From assembly GCA_951406725.2 (NCBI GenBank), contig OX597814.1, positions 209,498,001-209,562,000 on the forward strand: a stretch of DNA of 64,000 bases, read 5' to 3'. The notes beneath the pieces were generated by a model, which made no database searches, was not told the origin of the DNA, and saw nothing but the letters and a program-made list of their open reading frames with translations. The translations under genes were made by a program, and so were the position numbers. This DNA comes from Octopus vulgaris. Its lineage: Eukaryota. Numbering within the stretch: the stretch's first letter is position 1; each line of letters begins with the position of its first letter. Positions 16,435-28,790 of the stretch are shown here, piece after piece.

Positions 16435-16435
<1 letters not shown>
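16203..16435 (+). ncRNA. Candidate structured RNA: branched rod hairpin with G-U wobbles
   Basis: Six stacked helices paired by eye; transition-type differences between arms are G-U on the + strand. Confidence 0.5.
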
Positions 16436-16470
<35 letters not shown>

Positions 16471-17004
16471 AATATATATACATACATACATATACATATA
16501 TATATATATATATACAAACAAAACACGTACGCAGAGAAACAACAACAAATTAACAAAAACATATAGATGCTACGTAAACACAATGTAAGAGAAGATGCGG
16601 ACTAAATAATGTACTGAACGAAAAACGATGTTACGAAATAAAATACTAGTAAGAAGATTAATAACACGGGAAAATATATGAATATTAATAAAATATTGAA
16701 TAAAATTCATTGATATTGCATAGTAATTATAGTAATAATTTCTAATATTGGTACTAAACCATTGATTTTGAAAGAGAAAGAGAGAGGGAGAGAGATAAAG
16801 AAGGAGAGAGGCAGAGAGATTGAGAGAGAGAGAGAGAGAGACAAAGGTTCAATGGATTAAATCGAGCCTAGGATTTGACAGGCATTTTATAGACTGAGTT
16901 ATTCTGGATAAGATTTGAACTCAGAATGTAAAGCGTTGAAATAAATATCAAAAGGTATCTCATCCGACGCTCTAATGACATTGCAAATCAATTGCAGTAA
17001 AAGT

Positions 17005-17405
17005 CCTTCTCCTTCTCGTCATCCTCCTCCTCGTCGCCCTCCTCCTCCACTCATCTTCCCCTACTCCCCCACTCCTCCTCCTCCTCCTCCTCCTCCCCTC
17101 CTCCCCTGCTTTCCCTCACCTGTTAACCTCCTCCCATGCCCTCCTCCCCTCCCCCTCCCCCTGCCTCCTCTTCCCCCCCTTCTCTTCTTCCCTCCCTGCT
17201 CCCCTCCTCCTGCTCCCCTCCTTCTCTTCCCCCTCATCCCCCCCCACAAGTTGTGGCAGTATCATCAGTAGCACCAACAGTAATGATACTAATAATAATA
17301 ATAATGAGGAATATAATGATGACGATGACGACAACAACAACAGCAACAATATTTATGGTCATATTAATGATCATTATTATTATTAATAATAATAATAATA
17401 ATAAT
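17005..17405. repeat. (CCT)-rich polypyrimidine and (TAA)-rich low-complexity tract
   Basis: Direct reading; explains the poly-Pro and poly-Gly ORFs. Confidence 0.9.
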
Positions 17406-17701
17406 GCTTTCTTTCATTAGCCACCCTATAGTTTCGGAATAAAACAAAGAAGTAATACAACAGACAATTAGCAGATTTGCATTGTGTGTAACGTTGAGAT
17501 CAACAAAACCAATTATTGCACACTAATAAATTAATAACATTACTATTAAGACATCAATGACGAGATCTCGTGTAGTCCCTCAGGCAAACAACCACCCTGT
17601 GATTATGTTATAACCACACATAAAAATTGCACCGGAATTATATATTTTTTCATTTCATTTTTTGCTTGTTATCTATAAGCTAGCTAATATAAAAGTCAAT
17701 T

Positions 17702-18292
17702 GTGGAGGCGCAACGGCCCAGTGGTTAGGGCAGTGATTAGCGGACTCGCGGTCGTAGGATCGCGGTTTCGATTCCCAGACCGGGCGTTGTGAGTGTTTAT
17801 TGAGCGAAAACACCTAAAAGCTTCACGAGGCTCCGGCAGGGGATGGTGGGTGATCCCTGCTGTACTCTTTCACCACAACTTTCTCTCACTCTTACTTCCT
17901 GTTTCTGTTGTACGTGTATTTCAAAGGGCCGGCCTTGTCACTCTCTGTGTCACGCTGAATATCTGTTTCTTTATTGCCCACAAGGGGCTAAACATAGAGG
18001 GGACAAACAAGGACAGGCAAACGGATTAAGTCGATTACATCGACCCCAGTGCGTAACTGGTACTTAATTTATCGACCCCGAAAGGATGAAAGGCAAAGTC
18101 GACCTCGGCGGAATTTGAACTCAGAACGCAACGACAGACGCAATACCGCTAAGCATTTCGCCCGGTGTGCTAACGTTTCTGCCAGCTCGCCGCCTTCCGA
18201 GAACTGCGTTAAGGGTACACGTGTCTGTGGAGTGCTCAGCCACTTACACGTTAATTTCACGAGCAGGCTGTTCCGTTGATCGGAGTGCTTCC
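17702..18292 (+). mobile_element. SINE family A interrupted by a family B SINE; long TSD
   Basis: A and B boxes; flanking direct repeat 17675-17706/18293-18324 with 1 mismatch. Confidence 0.92.
17964..18195 (-). mobile_element. SINE family B nested in family A
   Basis: Reverse complement of 39633-39865; core GCCTTTCATCCTTTCGGGGTCGATAAATTAAGTACC resembles the Meta-SINE domain (recalled, unverified). Confidence 0.92.
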
Positions 18293-19059
18293 ATAAGCTC
18301 GCTAATATAAAAGTCAATTGTGGATACTACTACATGGGGTTGAAGGCCAGGGCTCATTCAACATCTCTTCTTCGTGAGTCATCTTTCAGTGTGAATGGTG
18401 TGTCATTTATTCTTCTTCGGCTGTTCGCAACGTGAGGTAGGTTGCGTGTTTAGACAACGACCACACACTGAAGTTTCAAATATTTTATTAGCCCCCGTCT
18501 TGACATTTACAAATGTACATCCGATGAATTAATGGAACATAACTGTTAGAGATCTTCTGTTAGGAATTTTCTTAATATAATTTGCTGGGTAATATGTAAG
18601 TAGTGCCAGGAAAATAAATCACAGCATATAATCAATACGTGTTACAAGGCACTACAATATAGCTGGGTGTACAACATAAGCAAATTATAACAAAATAAAG
18701 AACGTGAGAGAGTGAAAGAGAAAGAGAGAACAGATATAAAGAGGGAGGGTTACGAGAGAGTAATTCACTGAGATAAGAGACAGAGATTTTCCTGGACGGT
18801 TAGTGATTATCTCTGACCTGAGTTTGAATAAGTGAGAGAGGTTAGGAACTACCATACGAGGAAAAAGCAATCTGACCCTCATAATCCTGAGATAACTCTG
18901 CCTAAAGGTAAATATCAGTGTTGGCCCAAAAGTTCTAGAAACTTCAGCCATACTGTTTGGTGGATCAAAACAATTTGTATACTTACACTGAAATCTCTCA
19001 CCACCGGCATACGTCAGCCAATGTTGATTGGTCGAATCATATTCACTTAGAAGTTTATC

Positions 19060-19580
19060 ACATCGTGGTCGATTGCTTTGATGAGATATGGGGCGGGAAT
19101 AGTTTCTTGGAAGACGCAGGAATTACAAGAGATAGACCGAAGAACATATAAATTAATGACAGTGAACAAAGAACTACTCCACAAGAGCGATTTGTTAAGA
19201 TTTATGTAAAGAGGAGGGAATGACAGCGGGGATTAGTGTGTTGCGAACAATGGTATGAACACAAGGAAGATGGAGTGATGGAAAACGAACGTTACAAAAT
19301 ATTCTGAGATTTTAACATGCAGTGCGACCTAGTCATAAAGGCGAGACGGCCAAATATCGTGCTCATCCAAAAAGGTGAAAAATACGTAAAGATGATAGAT
19401 GTTCCAATATCCGGCGATTCGAGGGTGAAATGTAAGGAAACAGAAATGATTAAGAAATACCAGCCCCTGCGGCATGAGACAGGGAAGTTATACGGCATGA
19501 AGAAAGTAATGGTGATACCGGTGGTCATTGGAGCATTAGGAGCAGTTTTCAAGGGCTTTGAAAAACATATTAATAATATT
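19060..19580 (+). mobile_element. Decayed, internally deleted R4/Dong-like RLE element (second family)
   Basis: LMRYGAGIVSWKTQELQEIDRRTYKLMT and DFNMQCDLVIKARRPNIVLI...MIDVPISGD...KKYQPL...VIPVVIGALG (PD-(D/E)xK domain). Confidence 0.85.
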
Positions 19581-19589
19581 ATTTTCTAC

Positions 19590-20166
19590 TTTTCTACTCT
19601 AAGAACAAAGTCCGAAATTTTGGGGGAGGGGTCCAGTTGATTAGATCGACCCCAGTATGCAACTGGTAATTAATTCATCGACTCCGAAAGGTTGAAAGGC
19701 AAAGTCGACCTCGGCGGAATTTGAACTCAGAACGTAGCGGTAGACGAAATACCTATTTCTTTACTACCCACAAGGGGCTAAACGCAGAGAGGACAAACAA
19801 GGACAGACAAACGGATTAAGGCGATTATATCGACCCCAGTGCGTAACTGGTACTTATTTAATCGAGCCTGAAAGGATGAAAGGCAAAGTCGACCTCGGTG
19901 GAATTTGAACTCAGAACGTAGCGGTAGACGAAATACCTATTTCTTTACTACCCACAAGGGGCTAAACACAGAGAGGACAAACAAGGACAGACAAACGGAT
20001 TAAGTCGATTATATCGACGCCAGTGCGTAACTGGTACTTATTTAATCGACCCCGAAAGGATGAAAGGCAAAGTCGACCTCGGTGGAATTTGAACTCAGAA
20101 CGTAGCGACAGACGAAATACCGCTAAGCATTTCGCCTGGCGTGCTAACGTTTCTGCCAGTTCACCT
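19590..20166 (-). mobile_element. Head-to-tail SINE family B array (184-bp period)
   Basis: CCTATTTCTTTACTACCCACAAGGGGCTAAAC at 19752 and 19936; only the last unit carries the head. Confidence 0.92.
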
Positions 20167-20398
20167 TATACAAAGAATTTTGCCATTGGGAAGTAATATA
20201 TATTCCAATACAAACTTTCTAATGATTACCGTCTTACCGGAAAATTAGTAAAAGTAACTGACAAAAGATAAGTAAAAAAATGTAAAACTTAATTTAACAA
20301 AGATATCAGACAGAACATTTTATAGGTAAAAAAAAATCATGCGTGTGTATGTGTGTGTGTTTGTGTGTGTGTATGTATACATACATACATACATATAT

Positions 20399-20504
<106 letters not shown>

Positions 20505-20767
20505 TGATTTCTTATCTGGAAGCCACCAAAGTATATTTAATTCTATTAAGTTATTAAATAACTCCTTACCGTGTTTTACAAAGAAAGAAAGAAACTAAAT
20601 ATCATTGAGTGTGGACAAAATTCAGAATCTGAGGAAATTGGAGGTAACAATTGTTACCTAACGGACTCGTAAGCGAGGTCAGTAAGTTTTAATGGAGAGC
20701 AGAATGACAAACATAAAGTTTCGGGTATTTGTACTTCATCTGTGAGGGAAGAAAAGAGAAAAATGAG

Positions 20768-20805
<38 letters not shown>

Positions 20806-20914
20806 TGTGCGTGTAGGTGCGCTAGAGAGAAAATGTATTCTTAATTTAGTCGAAGGTAAGTAAATTTTGTTTGTATAAAGCAAAATTAATAATACAGTTC
20901 TTAAACACTACACC

Positions 20915-20993
20915 GTGGGCATATGGCGTAGTGGTTAAGAGCGCGGACTACTTACCCGAAGATTCCGAGTTCGATTCCTGGCAGTGAGCTGAT
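20915..20993 (+). mobile_element. tRNA-derived SINE head (Pol III A/B boxes) preceding (TAA)n
   Basis: TGGCGTAGTGG 20924-20934; GAGTTCGATTCC 20967-20978. Confidence 0.8.
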
Positions 20994-21049
20994 TAATAAT
21001 AATAATAATAATAATGATAATAATAATGATAATAATAATAATAATAATA

Positions 21050-22510
21050 AAAAAATCAGGAAGGAATGTTATAGGAGAGTTCGTGCAGTCCTGAAATCTG
21101 AACTAAATGCACGTAACAAGGTGTTAGCTATAAATTCCTTAGCAGTTCCAGTTGTTACTTATAGCTACAATGTGTTGAACTGGAATATGAGTGAAGTAAA
21201 GAATATAGATAGAAAAATACGCAAGCTGCTGAGTTGTAATAGGATGCACCACCTAAAGGCAGACGTAGATCGCCTTTACCTTCCCAGAGCCCAAGGAGGT
21301 CGAGGCCTGATCCAATTTGAACTAGCTTACAAAACAACCACAATTGGACTGGCCAAATATCTCGAAATATCGAATGACTGGATGCTAAAGCTCGTGGAAA
21401 ATCACGAGAGACGAAAGAAGCTTCATTCTATCATAAAGGAAAGCAAAACATTTGCTATTGATCTCGTGCAGGATACCCAAACTGAACAACCCGAGGAAAG
21501 TACGGCAATTATTGTTGCAAAGAAGGTGAAAATGATGGCAATGAAAAAAGCGCACGAGCAATTGGCTGATAGGTGGGAGGAGAAACCTCTGCACGGCAAA
21601 TATGTGACCCGCAGCAAACAAGCTGATGTTGACCAGAAGCAAACCCATCAGTGGCTACGGAGCTCAGGGCTAAAAGCAGAGAGCGAAGGTTTCATCCTGG
21701 CTGCTCAAGATCAAAGCCTATTAGCCCGGAACTACCAGGCCAATGTGATGAAAAATGGAGCAGACCCAAAATGCCGATTCTGCAACGACATGATTGAAAC
21801 AGTGGACCACCTAATCTCTGGATGTAAAGTCTTAGCACCAGTGGAGTATAAATTAAGACATGACAGAGTTGGCCAATATCTCCACTGGCTAATAAGTCGG
21901 CATTACAATATCAAAACTGCCGACAAGTGGTATAATCACCACCCTGAGGCTGTAACTGAAGGAGAAAATGTAACCATTCTGTGGGACTTTCCAGTACATA
22001 CAGACCGAACCATCAAGGCCAATAAACCAGATATTGTTGTGAAAGACCAAAACAATAAAGTTTGCTTATTGATCGACATGAGCATCCCCTGTGATCATAA
22101 TATCTCAGCGAAAGAGTTTGACAAGCTCAGAAAATATAAAGACCTACTCATTGAAATTGAGAAAATGTGGCATCTCAAGGCGGTTACAATACCAGTGATC
22201 GTAGGAGCACTAGGAATGATCAAGAAGGGAACCGAAAATTATATGAGAATGATCCCTGGCTTACCATCCCTGCAAGAAGTGCAAAAGATTGTCTTAACTG
22301 GTACATCACACGTATTGAGAAGAGCATTGTCGATTTGAGAACTGTTGCTGCTCATGTATTTTCATTTAACAAAAAAAAAAAAAAAAAAAAATTAACGAAC
22401 TACTGAGTTTGGTTTAATGGCCTACCAATGTATACTATGAGTTTCTTTGCCCTAGGAGTCGGGAAGACACTCGGCAAGAAATGGAAGCAAATTTGAAAGA
22501 AGAAGAAAAA
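21050..22510 (+). mobile_element. 5'-truncated R4/Dong-like non-LTR retrotransposon in (TAA)n
   Basis: Open frame to 22338 plus about 170-bp 3' UTR; (TAA)n at 20994-21049 and 22511-22522. Confidence 0.93.
21121..22338 (+). CDS. RLE retrotransposon ORF C-terminus (RT thumb, CCHC knuckle, restriction-like endonuclease), 5'-truncated
   Basis: RLYLPRAQGGRGL; CRFC...ETVDHLISGC; RHD; KPDIVV...IDMSIP...KLRKYKDL; VIVGALG. The frame extends upstream to about 21052. Confidence 0.9.
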   Translation: MLAINSLAVPVVTYSYNVLNWNMSEVKNIDRKIRKLLSCNRMHHLKADVDRLYLPRAQGGRGLIQFELAYKTTTIGLAKYLEISNDWMLKLVENHERRKKLHSIIKESKTFAIDLVQDTQTEQPEESTAIIVAKKVKMMAMKKAHEQLADRWEEKPLHGKYVTRSKQADVDQKQTHQWLRSSGLKAESEGFILAAQDQSLLARNYQANVMKNGADPKCRFCNDMIETVDHLISGCKVLAPVEYKLRHDRVGQYLHWLISRHYNIKTADKWYNHHPEAVTEGENVTILWDFPVHTDRTIKANKPDIVVKDQNNKVCLLIDMSIPCDHNISAKEFDKLRKYKDLLIEIEKMWHLKAVTIPVIVGALGMIKKGTENYMRMIPGLPSLQEVQKIVLTGTSHVLRRALSI

Positions 22511-22571
22511 AATAATAATAATATCGAGAAATACCTTAGGAATGAGAACCCATGTTCGAAATTTTCCCAGT

Positions 22572-22614
22572 ACACCCGATGAAGGCTGGAGGGTATATCA
22601 GCTGAAACGATGTG
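22572..22614 (+). ncRNA. Degenerate minimal hammerhead-like motif in the putative SINE tail
   Basis: CAC-CCGATGA-A-GGCTG...CAGCT-GAAAC-GAT-GTG; U4>C and U16.1>A relative to the hammerhead consensus. Confidence 0.5.
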
Positions 22615-24087
22615 CTAACAAAAATGAAAATGAGGACAAATATCCGTCAAATATAAATAATGTAAATATTGTACAAAATTAATAACGCAGTGATCTTTAC
22701 CACATCACTATCTACATAAAAATCTGCTTGTTCATTCGCCCGTTATGCAGGTAGTTAGAGAGGTGGAGTAAAAGATAGGGAGAGAAAGAGAGAGGCTGTG
22801 GGGAGAGAGAAAGAGAAAGCAATGAAGAAAGAAGAGAGGAAGAATTAAAGGAAGGCGATTAATATTAATACATTTAGGCCAAATGCATCATGTGGTCAGC
22901 TGAAGGTAGAGGTGAAAAACGAGAGAAAAAGACGACGAGAGAAAAAGAGGGAGAGAGAGAAATGTTAATTATGTGCTGTGGGGTGGGGAAGGAATACTTA
23001 TTACGGGGTTAAAAAGGTAGCTTAAGGGAAAGGTAGAGATGGGTGCAGTTATATTGAGAGAGAGAGAGGGGGAGAGAGCGAAAGAGAGAGTCAGATAGAG
23101 GTAGCGGTGGTGGTGGTGGTAGTGGTGGTAGTCTATTGATAGTGAAAAGTATTTTTTTATCGAACTAATTTTTATTTATACAGTGAGAATTGCTGAGCGC
23201 ATAAGTGTAATTATTTATCGTATGCTCGCTTAACAAGTTGGTATTTGTTTGTAAGGGCTTCTTTAGCCTAAACTCTGGATTCACAAGAAAGGATGCGCAG
23301 ATATAGAGCACAGATAAGAGACTGTGAGAAAACAGTGAGAAGATATAACGAAAAGAGGAAAAAGACAACACCAATGGAGACGTAAGGAAATGAATGTAGA
23401 CGAACGTCAAGAATATTTAAAGAAAGTTAAACTATAAATGCTATAAAAATGCAAATCATCCTCATAATTTTTTCCATTGCGTGGAATTTCTATGGGTCGC
23501 GCTAGTTAATAATAATTTATAAAAATTATTTCTTATTTAGGCAATCGTGCAGCTGAAGTCGATTATATGGAGTGCAGTGCTCAACTAGTGCTCATTTTAT
23601 CACCTTTAAAAAAAATGAAAGGCGAGATTGATCTCGCTGGAATTTGAACTCAGAACGTAAAAGAGCCAGAAGAAATGCAGCTGGGCACTTTGGATATCGC
23701 AGAAACCATTCAACCAGCTCACACCGACTTGTAATTATGATCTGTCATGTTATTACCAATTTCATAGATATCAGAAAAAAAGATATATGGCGATTGGCGC
23801 TCTACACCAAAATATTGCTGATACTTGTGTTAAAGACACTGGATAAATGAAAAACGAAGTGTTAAGCTAGAGAGTCTAAACTAAATTATGTTTTTTTTAA
23901 ATTCTGAATAAACTTACTCATTCTGTTGAATATTTATATTTGGATAATTCCCTGTATTTTATATTCGGATAATTCCCTGTATTTTAACTGTAGTATATTT
24001 TAGAGAAATAAGACGAATAAAAAGACAGTATCACGCTGGGGAAATTTGAATTTTCATTCTAACTAAATTTTGCAAATTATTTTGTTT

Positions 24088-24420
24088 GGCGTGGCTGCGT
24101 GGCAAGAAGTTTGCTCCTCAACCACAAGGTCCTCGATGCAGTCTCAGTTTATGGGACCTTAGGCAAGTGTTTTCTATTATAGCCTCGGGCCTAACTTTTG
24201 AGTTAACTTGGTTGGCGGTAAGTGAAAGAAGCCCATCGTGTATGTGTGTGTGTGTTTGTTCCTCTCATCACTTGAGAACCGGTGTAACTTAGTGGCTTGA
24301 CAATAGAAAATAAATATATTGGCTGAAAAAAATGGGCACACGGATCGATACTTTCGACTAAAATTCTTCAAGGTAGTACCTCAGAGTGGCGGCACTCCAA
24401 TAACTGAAGCCTATAAAAGA
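24088..24420 (+). mobile_element. Old SINE family C copy
   Basis: GGCGTGGCTGCGTGGCAAGAAG...CCTTAGGCAAGTGTTTTCTATTATAGCCTCGGGCC. Confidence 0.75.
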
Positions 24421-25480
24421 TATTTAAAAAATGGGCTATCGATTCTAGCGATCATATATCATTTCTGTAGGAAGAACATTTAAAGCGTCATTCATTCGAA
24501 CTTAAAACTACAAACGTGAAATATGATTTATAACCATACTGAACTCACGACATACTTTTGAGAAGTCCTGGAAATGATGACAATCTTAGTACATTTTCAA
24601 AATGCTATCTATTTGAAAGAAACCCTCGAAACAGTTCCCATTATATGAAATGACAAAATGAACACAAAAGCAATTATTGAATTAAGGATGGAACAGTGAC
24701 AACGCCATATAACGCCGGTACTAAATTTGAAACGTATAATATTTCTATATTAACAGAAACCAGTAACATATGTGGAAATGATATGTTCCCGACCACAAAA
24801 GGAAAAAAAGAAACGCAACGAAAGAAATAGCACTAATAAAGTTATGAAGCGAAAGAAAATATATCAGGAACTGAAATAAACGCAAGAACACAATGCAGAA
24901 TGAAAATGATTCCGAGTAAGGGGATACACGCAAGGTTAATAGAAGAATGCAATAAACACCGTAGAGAGATTTACACGCTATTGGAAGAAAGAAAAAAATA
25001 TCCCTTATGAAACTCAAACATCAAAAACATTGAATTCAGCTATGAAGTGACACGCACCTTTTTTTCCTATAAAAACATATACTCAAAACCGCACCAACTC
25101 TTAACTATTTAGAACAAAATAGAGAGGGGAAAAATAAATTAACTGCATAATAGCGGAATAGTAAAGATCAATAACATTCATGTTGTTGACTTAGGTTGAA
25201 GGAGTTGTAATCACAGTGCAAAGCCTTGACATGGGAGAGAGAGAGAAGCCATTTTTACAGGTCACAATAAGTAGACGGTGTTTGTAAATAATAGAAGGTT
25301 ACGACTAGGCTTTGGGGAATATTCATTCTAAAGAAGGAGAAACGAATGTGAATATTGCTTGAATATATCAACTGTCCAATTCGATCCCAGTTGTCATGGC
25401 AAAGAAATACGCCTGCATGCTTAGGAAACCAACAAAACCACTGTAAAAGTGCACATACGCAGGCACACACTCATATATCC

Positions 25481-25552
<72 letters not shown>

Positions 25553-25660
25553 AATGTGTGTGTGTGTGTACATATACATATATGATTTCACACTCGCTTA
25601 CACACGCTATATATATACACACATAAACACAGAATTACACCAACACTTACATATATACCA

Positions 25661-25721
<61 letters not shown>

Positions 25722-26003
25722 TTGTGTGTGAATATATATATATATATATATATATACACAATAATAACTATATAATAATATATCACCATAATATATATAT
25801 ACTCCGATTAAAGCGACGTAATCTAAACAATTGATGAAAAATGATGAGATCACCAGGCGAGAATTGAACCCACATATCAACGCTAACATGGCAGTCCATG
25901 GGCATCCGATTGTATAAAAAGCTTTCATAGTCGTTTTTCTCCGTAACTTATCAAACCTCCGGTTTTGTTTACAAATGATATATATATACTCATACACATA
26001 CAT

Positions 26004-26089
<86 letters not shown>

Positions 26090-27772
26090 CACATATGCAT
26101 ATACAACACTCTCACGAGATAATCTTTAAGATAGAAAGTTGACCTCTGGATTGTGAAATGTCGAACTGTCTCCTGTATTGGAAGGATATCATGAGTACAA
26201 CTAAAATATATTATGTTAGCTTAGTGAATCAAACCAGATGTAATTATTAGCAGAAGCAAAATCACCAGGCTACAATGCTTAGCTGAGAAGGATGTGAAAA
26301 TGTATGAAATATTTCTAAAAGGAGTGCTATAGTTTTGAACTCAGTAGTAAAACGCACAACATATATCTGACAGAAAAAATAAAAATGAAATTGCATTGCA
26401 TAAAAATAAAGGCTAATAAGAAATCGTGGAGTGGGAGGCTTCTTGAAAATATGTCAAGATACCACGAAACGATGCGTAATAACGTTGGTAAATAAAGAAA
26501 AAAAAAAAAAACAAAATATGGTTAGAGAATGAATATAAATTGAATAAAAAAAACTATCCGAGTTATAAGATATACTTGATAATTGCTTCGCTCTATCTCA
26601 TGACATGACTACTTTGGCATTTAAAAATTGCCAAGAAACCATATTGTTAAGTGTAAAGACAAACGACTTGTGTTTTCAAACATCGCAGACCCCTGCAAAT
26701 TAATAGCCAAGAGTTTGGTTTGTAAATAACGGCTAATCTCTAACGTGCATATTTTCTAACTGACAGGCTACATTTATAGAAAGGAACAGAGGAAAGATAA
26801 AGAAATATACGAATGATAAATACCAGCTGTTTAAACGTTAGATGGTCAACTGCATATATTATTGCTCAAAGGTTGAGTTCATCTCTATTGAAAGCGGTTT
26901 TTGTGTTTCTGACACAACATTTTATTCTACTTTATCTTAATTTATCTAATTGTCGGGAGTATTTATCAGCTCAATGCTGAATTAAATTTGCAAAGACAGG
27001 TATCTTATCAAAACAACTTCCCTCTCCTCTTAGTAAGGCCTTGCAAACAGAGCTGTGCATTGACCTTCTAGAAACACCATGCTGTTTGGTTTGTAGGCAT
27101 TTATATAAAATAACATATATAAAATAGCATGTTTGTGTGGTTAAAAAGATACAGAACTTGTTCACTTCACAGCCACATAATTCCAGATTCGATTCCTCAA
27201 AAAGTTATTCAGGATAGCTGTCTTTTTTTCCATAGCCCTGGCTCGATGTGTGCCTTGTGAATGAAATCTTGTCAACATAAACTGCAAAAGTCCGTTGAAT
27301 GTATGAGTGTGTGCCTCTTTTTATTTTATTTTTTTAATACTTATTAGAATTCTTCACCCACAGGAGCTGGTGTCTAAAAAAGATCCAAATCTCCATCGCT
27401 GAAATTTTGATATCAACGGAAAGTGTCACATGCTGAACCTTAGAAAAATACATTTACAGGCTATATCGTGTGTTTGCAGATTCTCTTTCTATGCCTGAAA
27501 ATCTTTGCTTTCCCAAGTTGTCACTAAAACACTTCCTAGCGTAATCAAGTGCACCGATAATTGTTAGAATAAATGTGAATAGCTAGAGTAGACAGGCTGC
27601 AATTTTAGATGCAGCTGCCCAGAACTAGTTCCTCTCTCTTTGATTTTGGAAAAGCTGTTCAGATCTGCAGATCAGCTGATCTCTGTGACTCGAATAACTA
27701 TACTAGGTATTTTAAAAGAATGTTTGACAGAAGTGCTTCACCAGTATCCTTCATGTAGATATGTATAGACAA

Positions 27773-27912
27773 AGGCGTGGCTCTGTGGTAAGAAACTAGC
27801 TTCCCAACCACATGATTTTGGATGCAGTCCCACCGCATGGCATTTGGGGTGCCTTCTACTATAGACCAAAGGCTTGAGAGTGGATTTGCTACTCGGAAAC
27901 TGCAAAAAGCCC

Positions 27913-27915
<3 letters not shown>
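27773..27915 (+). mobile_element. SINE family C, 5' half
   Basis: GGCTCTGTGGTAAGAAACTAGCTTCCCAACCACATG. Confidence 0.8.
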
Positions 27916-27949
<34 letters not shown>

Positions 27950-27954
27950 ATAAC

Positions 27955-28790
27955 AAGAACTTTAGTATGGAAATTCCTTAATCATTTAATGCTTTGCGAC
28001 GTACGTTTCCACAAACCACATGTTATTGTTGCTGCATTTACCATTCATATGTTATTAGAAATATGATTTGCAATATCCATGGATTTATAAGTGTATTCGT
28101 TAACACAATGAGATGGGGAGCATATATTTTCAACAGAAAAACAGCAATAGCGAAATCAATTTGGATTTTAAAGAAAATCTGAAGAAAGAGTTCAAATCCC
28201 CAAACAATCCACTAGCAAATAGAGGCTTAGCACCTTTCAGGAGGAACTGTTTAATATAATTAGGAATATCAAATTCAGAAAATACCCGAATAAATACAAG
28301 TAGCACCAACAGAAACTCAATGAATGACACTGTACATTCAGGAAGTCATCGGGACTATTGGTACCAGCAGAGAAAACTGAACTTGTAACCTTTATAATGC
28401 TGATATTAATATCTATAACGATTTTGTAACTAAACTAATGATTAGTAAATAAAAGCACACATCACATGATACATTAAATAGAACAAATGGGAAGGGCATT
28501 GAAATAGTTAAATAGTTAGAAATAAAGGATAGAACATGACCGATATGCACGTAGCTCACCTAGAATAAGCCTAAGGGACGATAACCTCTTAGTAAACCGC
28601 CCTGTACGACTAATACGCCCATCCAAATCGGATATAGGTAGAATTAACAAATGAATAATACATAGAATTAAACCGAAATTAAATTGTATAAGTAAACTCA
28701 AATTATGGTCTAACACTGCGGAAGAAATTACATGGTTTAATAGCTTAGAGAACAAAAGGCAGACGAAATTCATAGAAATCAATAAATCCA
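27955..28790 (+). mobile_element. Decayed Penelope-like ORF (N-terminus and start of RT)
   Basis: FVNTMRWGAYIF; EFKSPNNPLANRGLAPF...ELFNIIRNIKFRKY; RPVRLIRPSKSDIGRINK*II...LWSNTAEEITWFNSLENK, matching PLE RLINPAKSELGRISK and QWKNT..VIEWF motifs. Confidence 0.8.

Noticed and set aside
20915-20990. tRNA gene
   Set aside because: A and B boxes are present, but acceptor and anticodon stems do not pair cleanly and there is no oligo-T terminator; treated as a SINE head, like the other tRNA-like sequences here.
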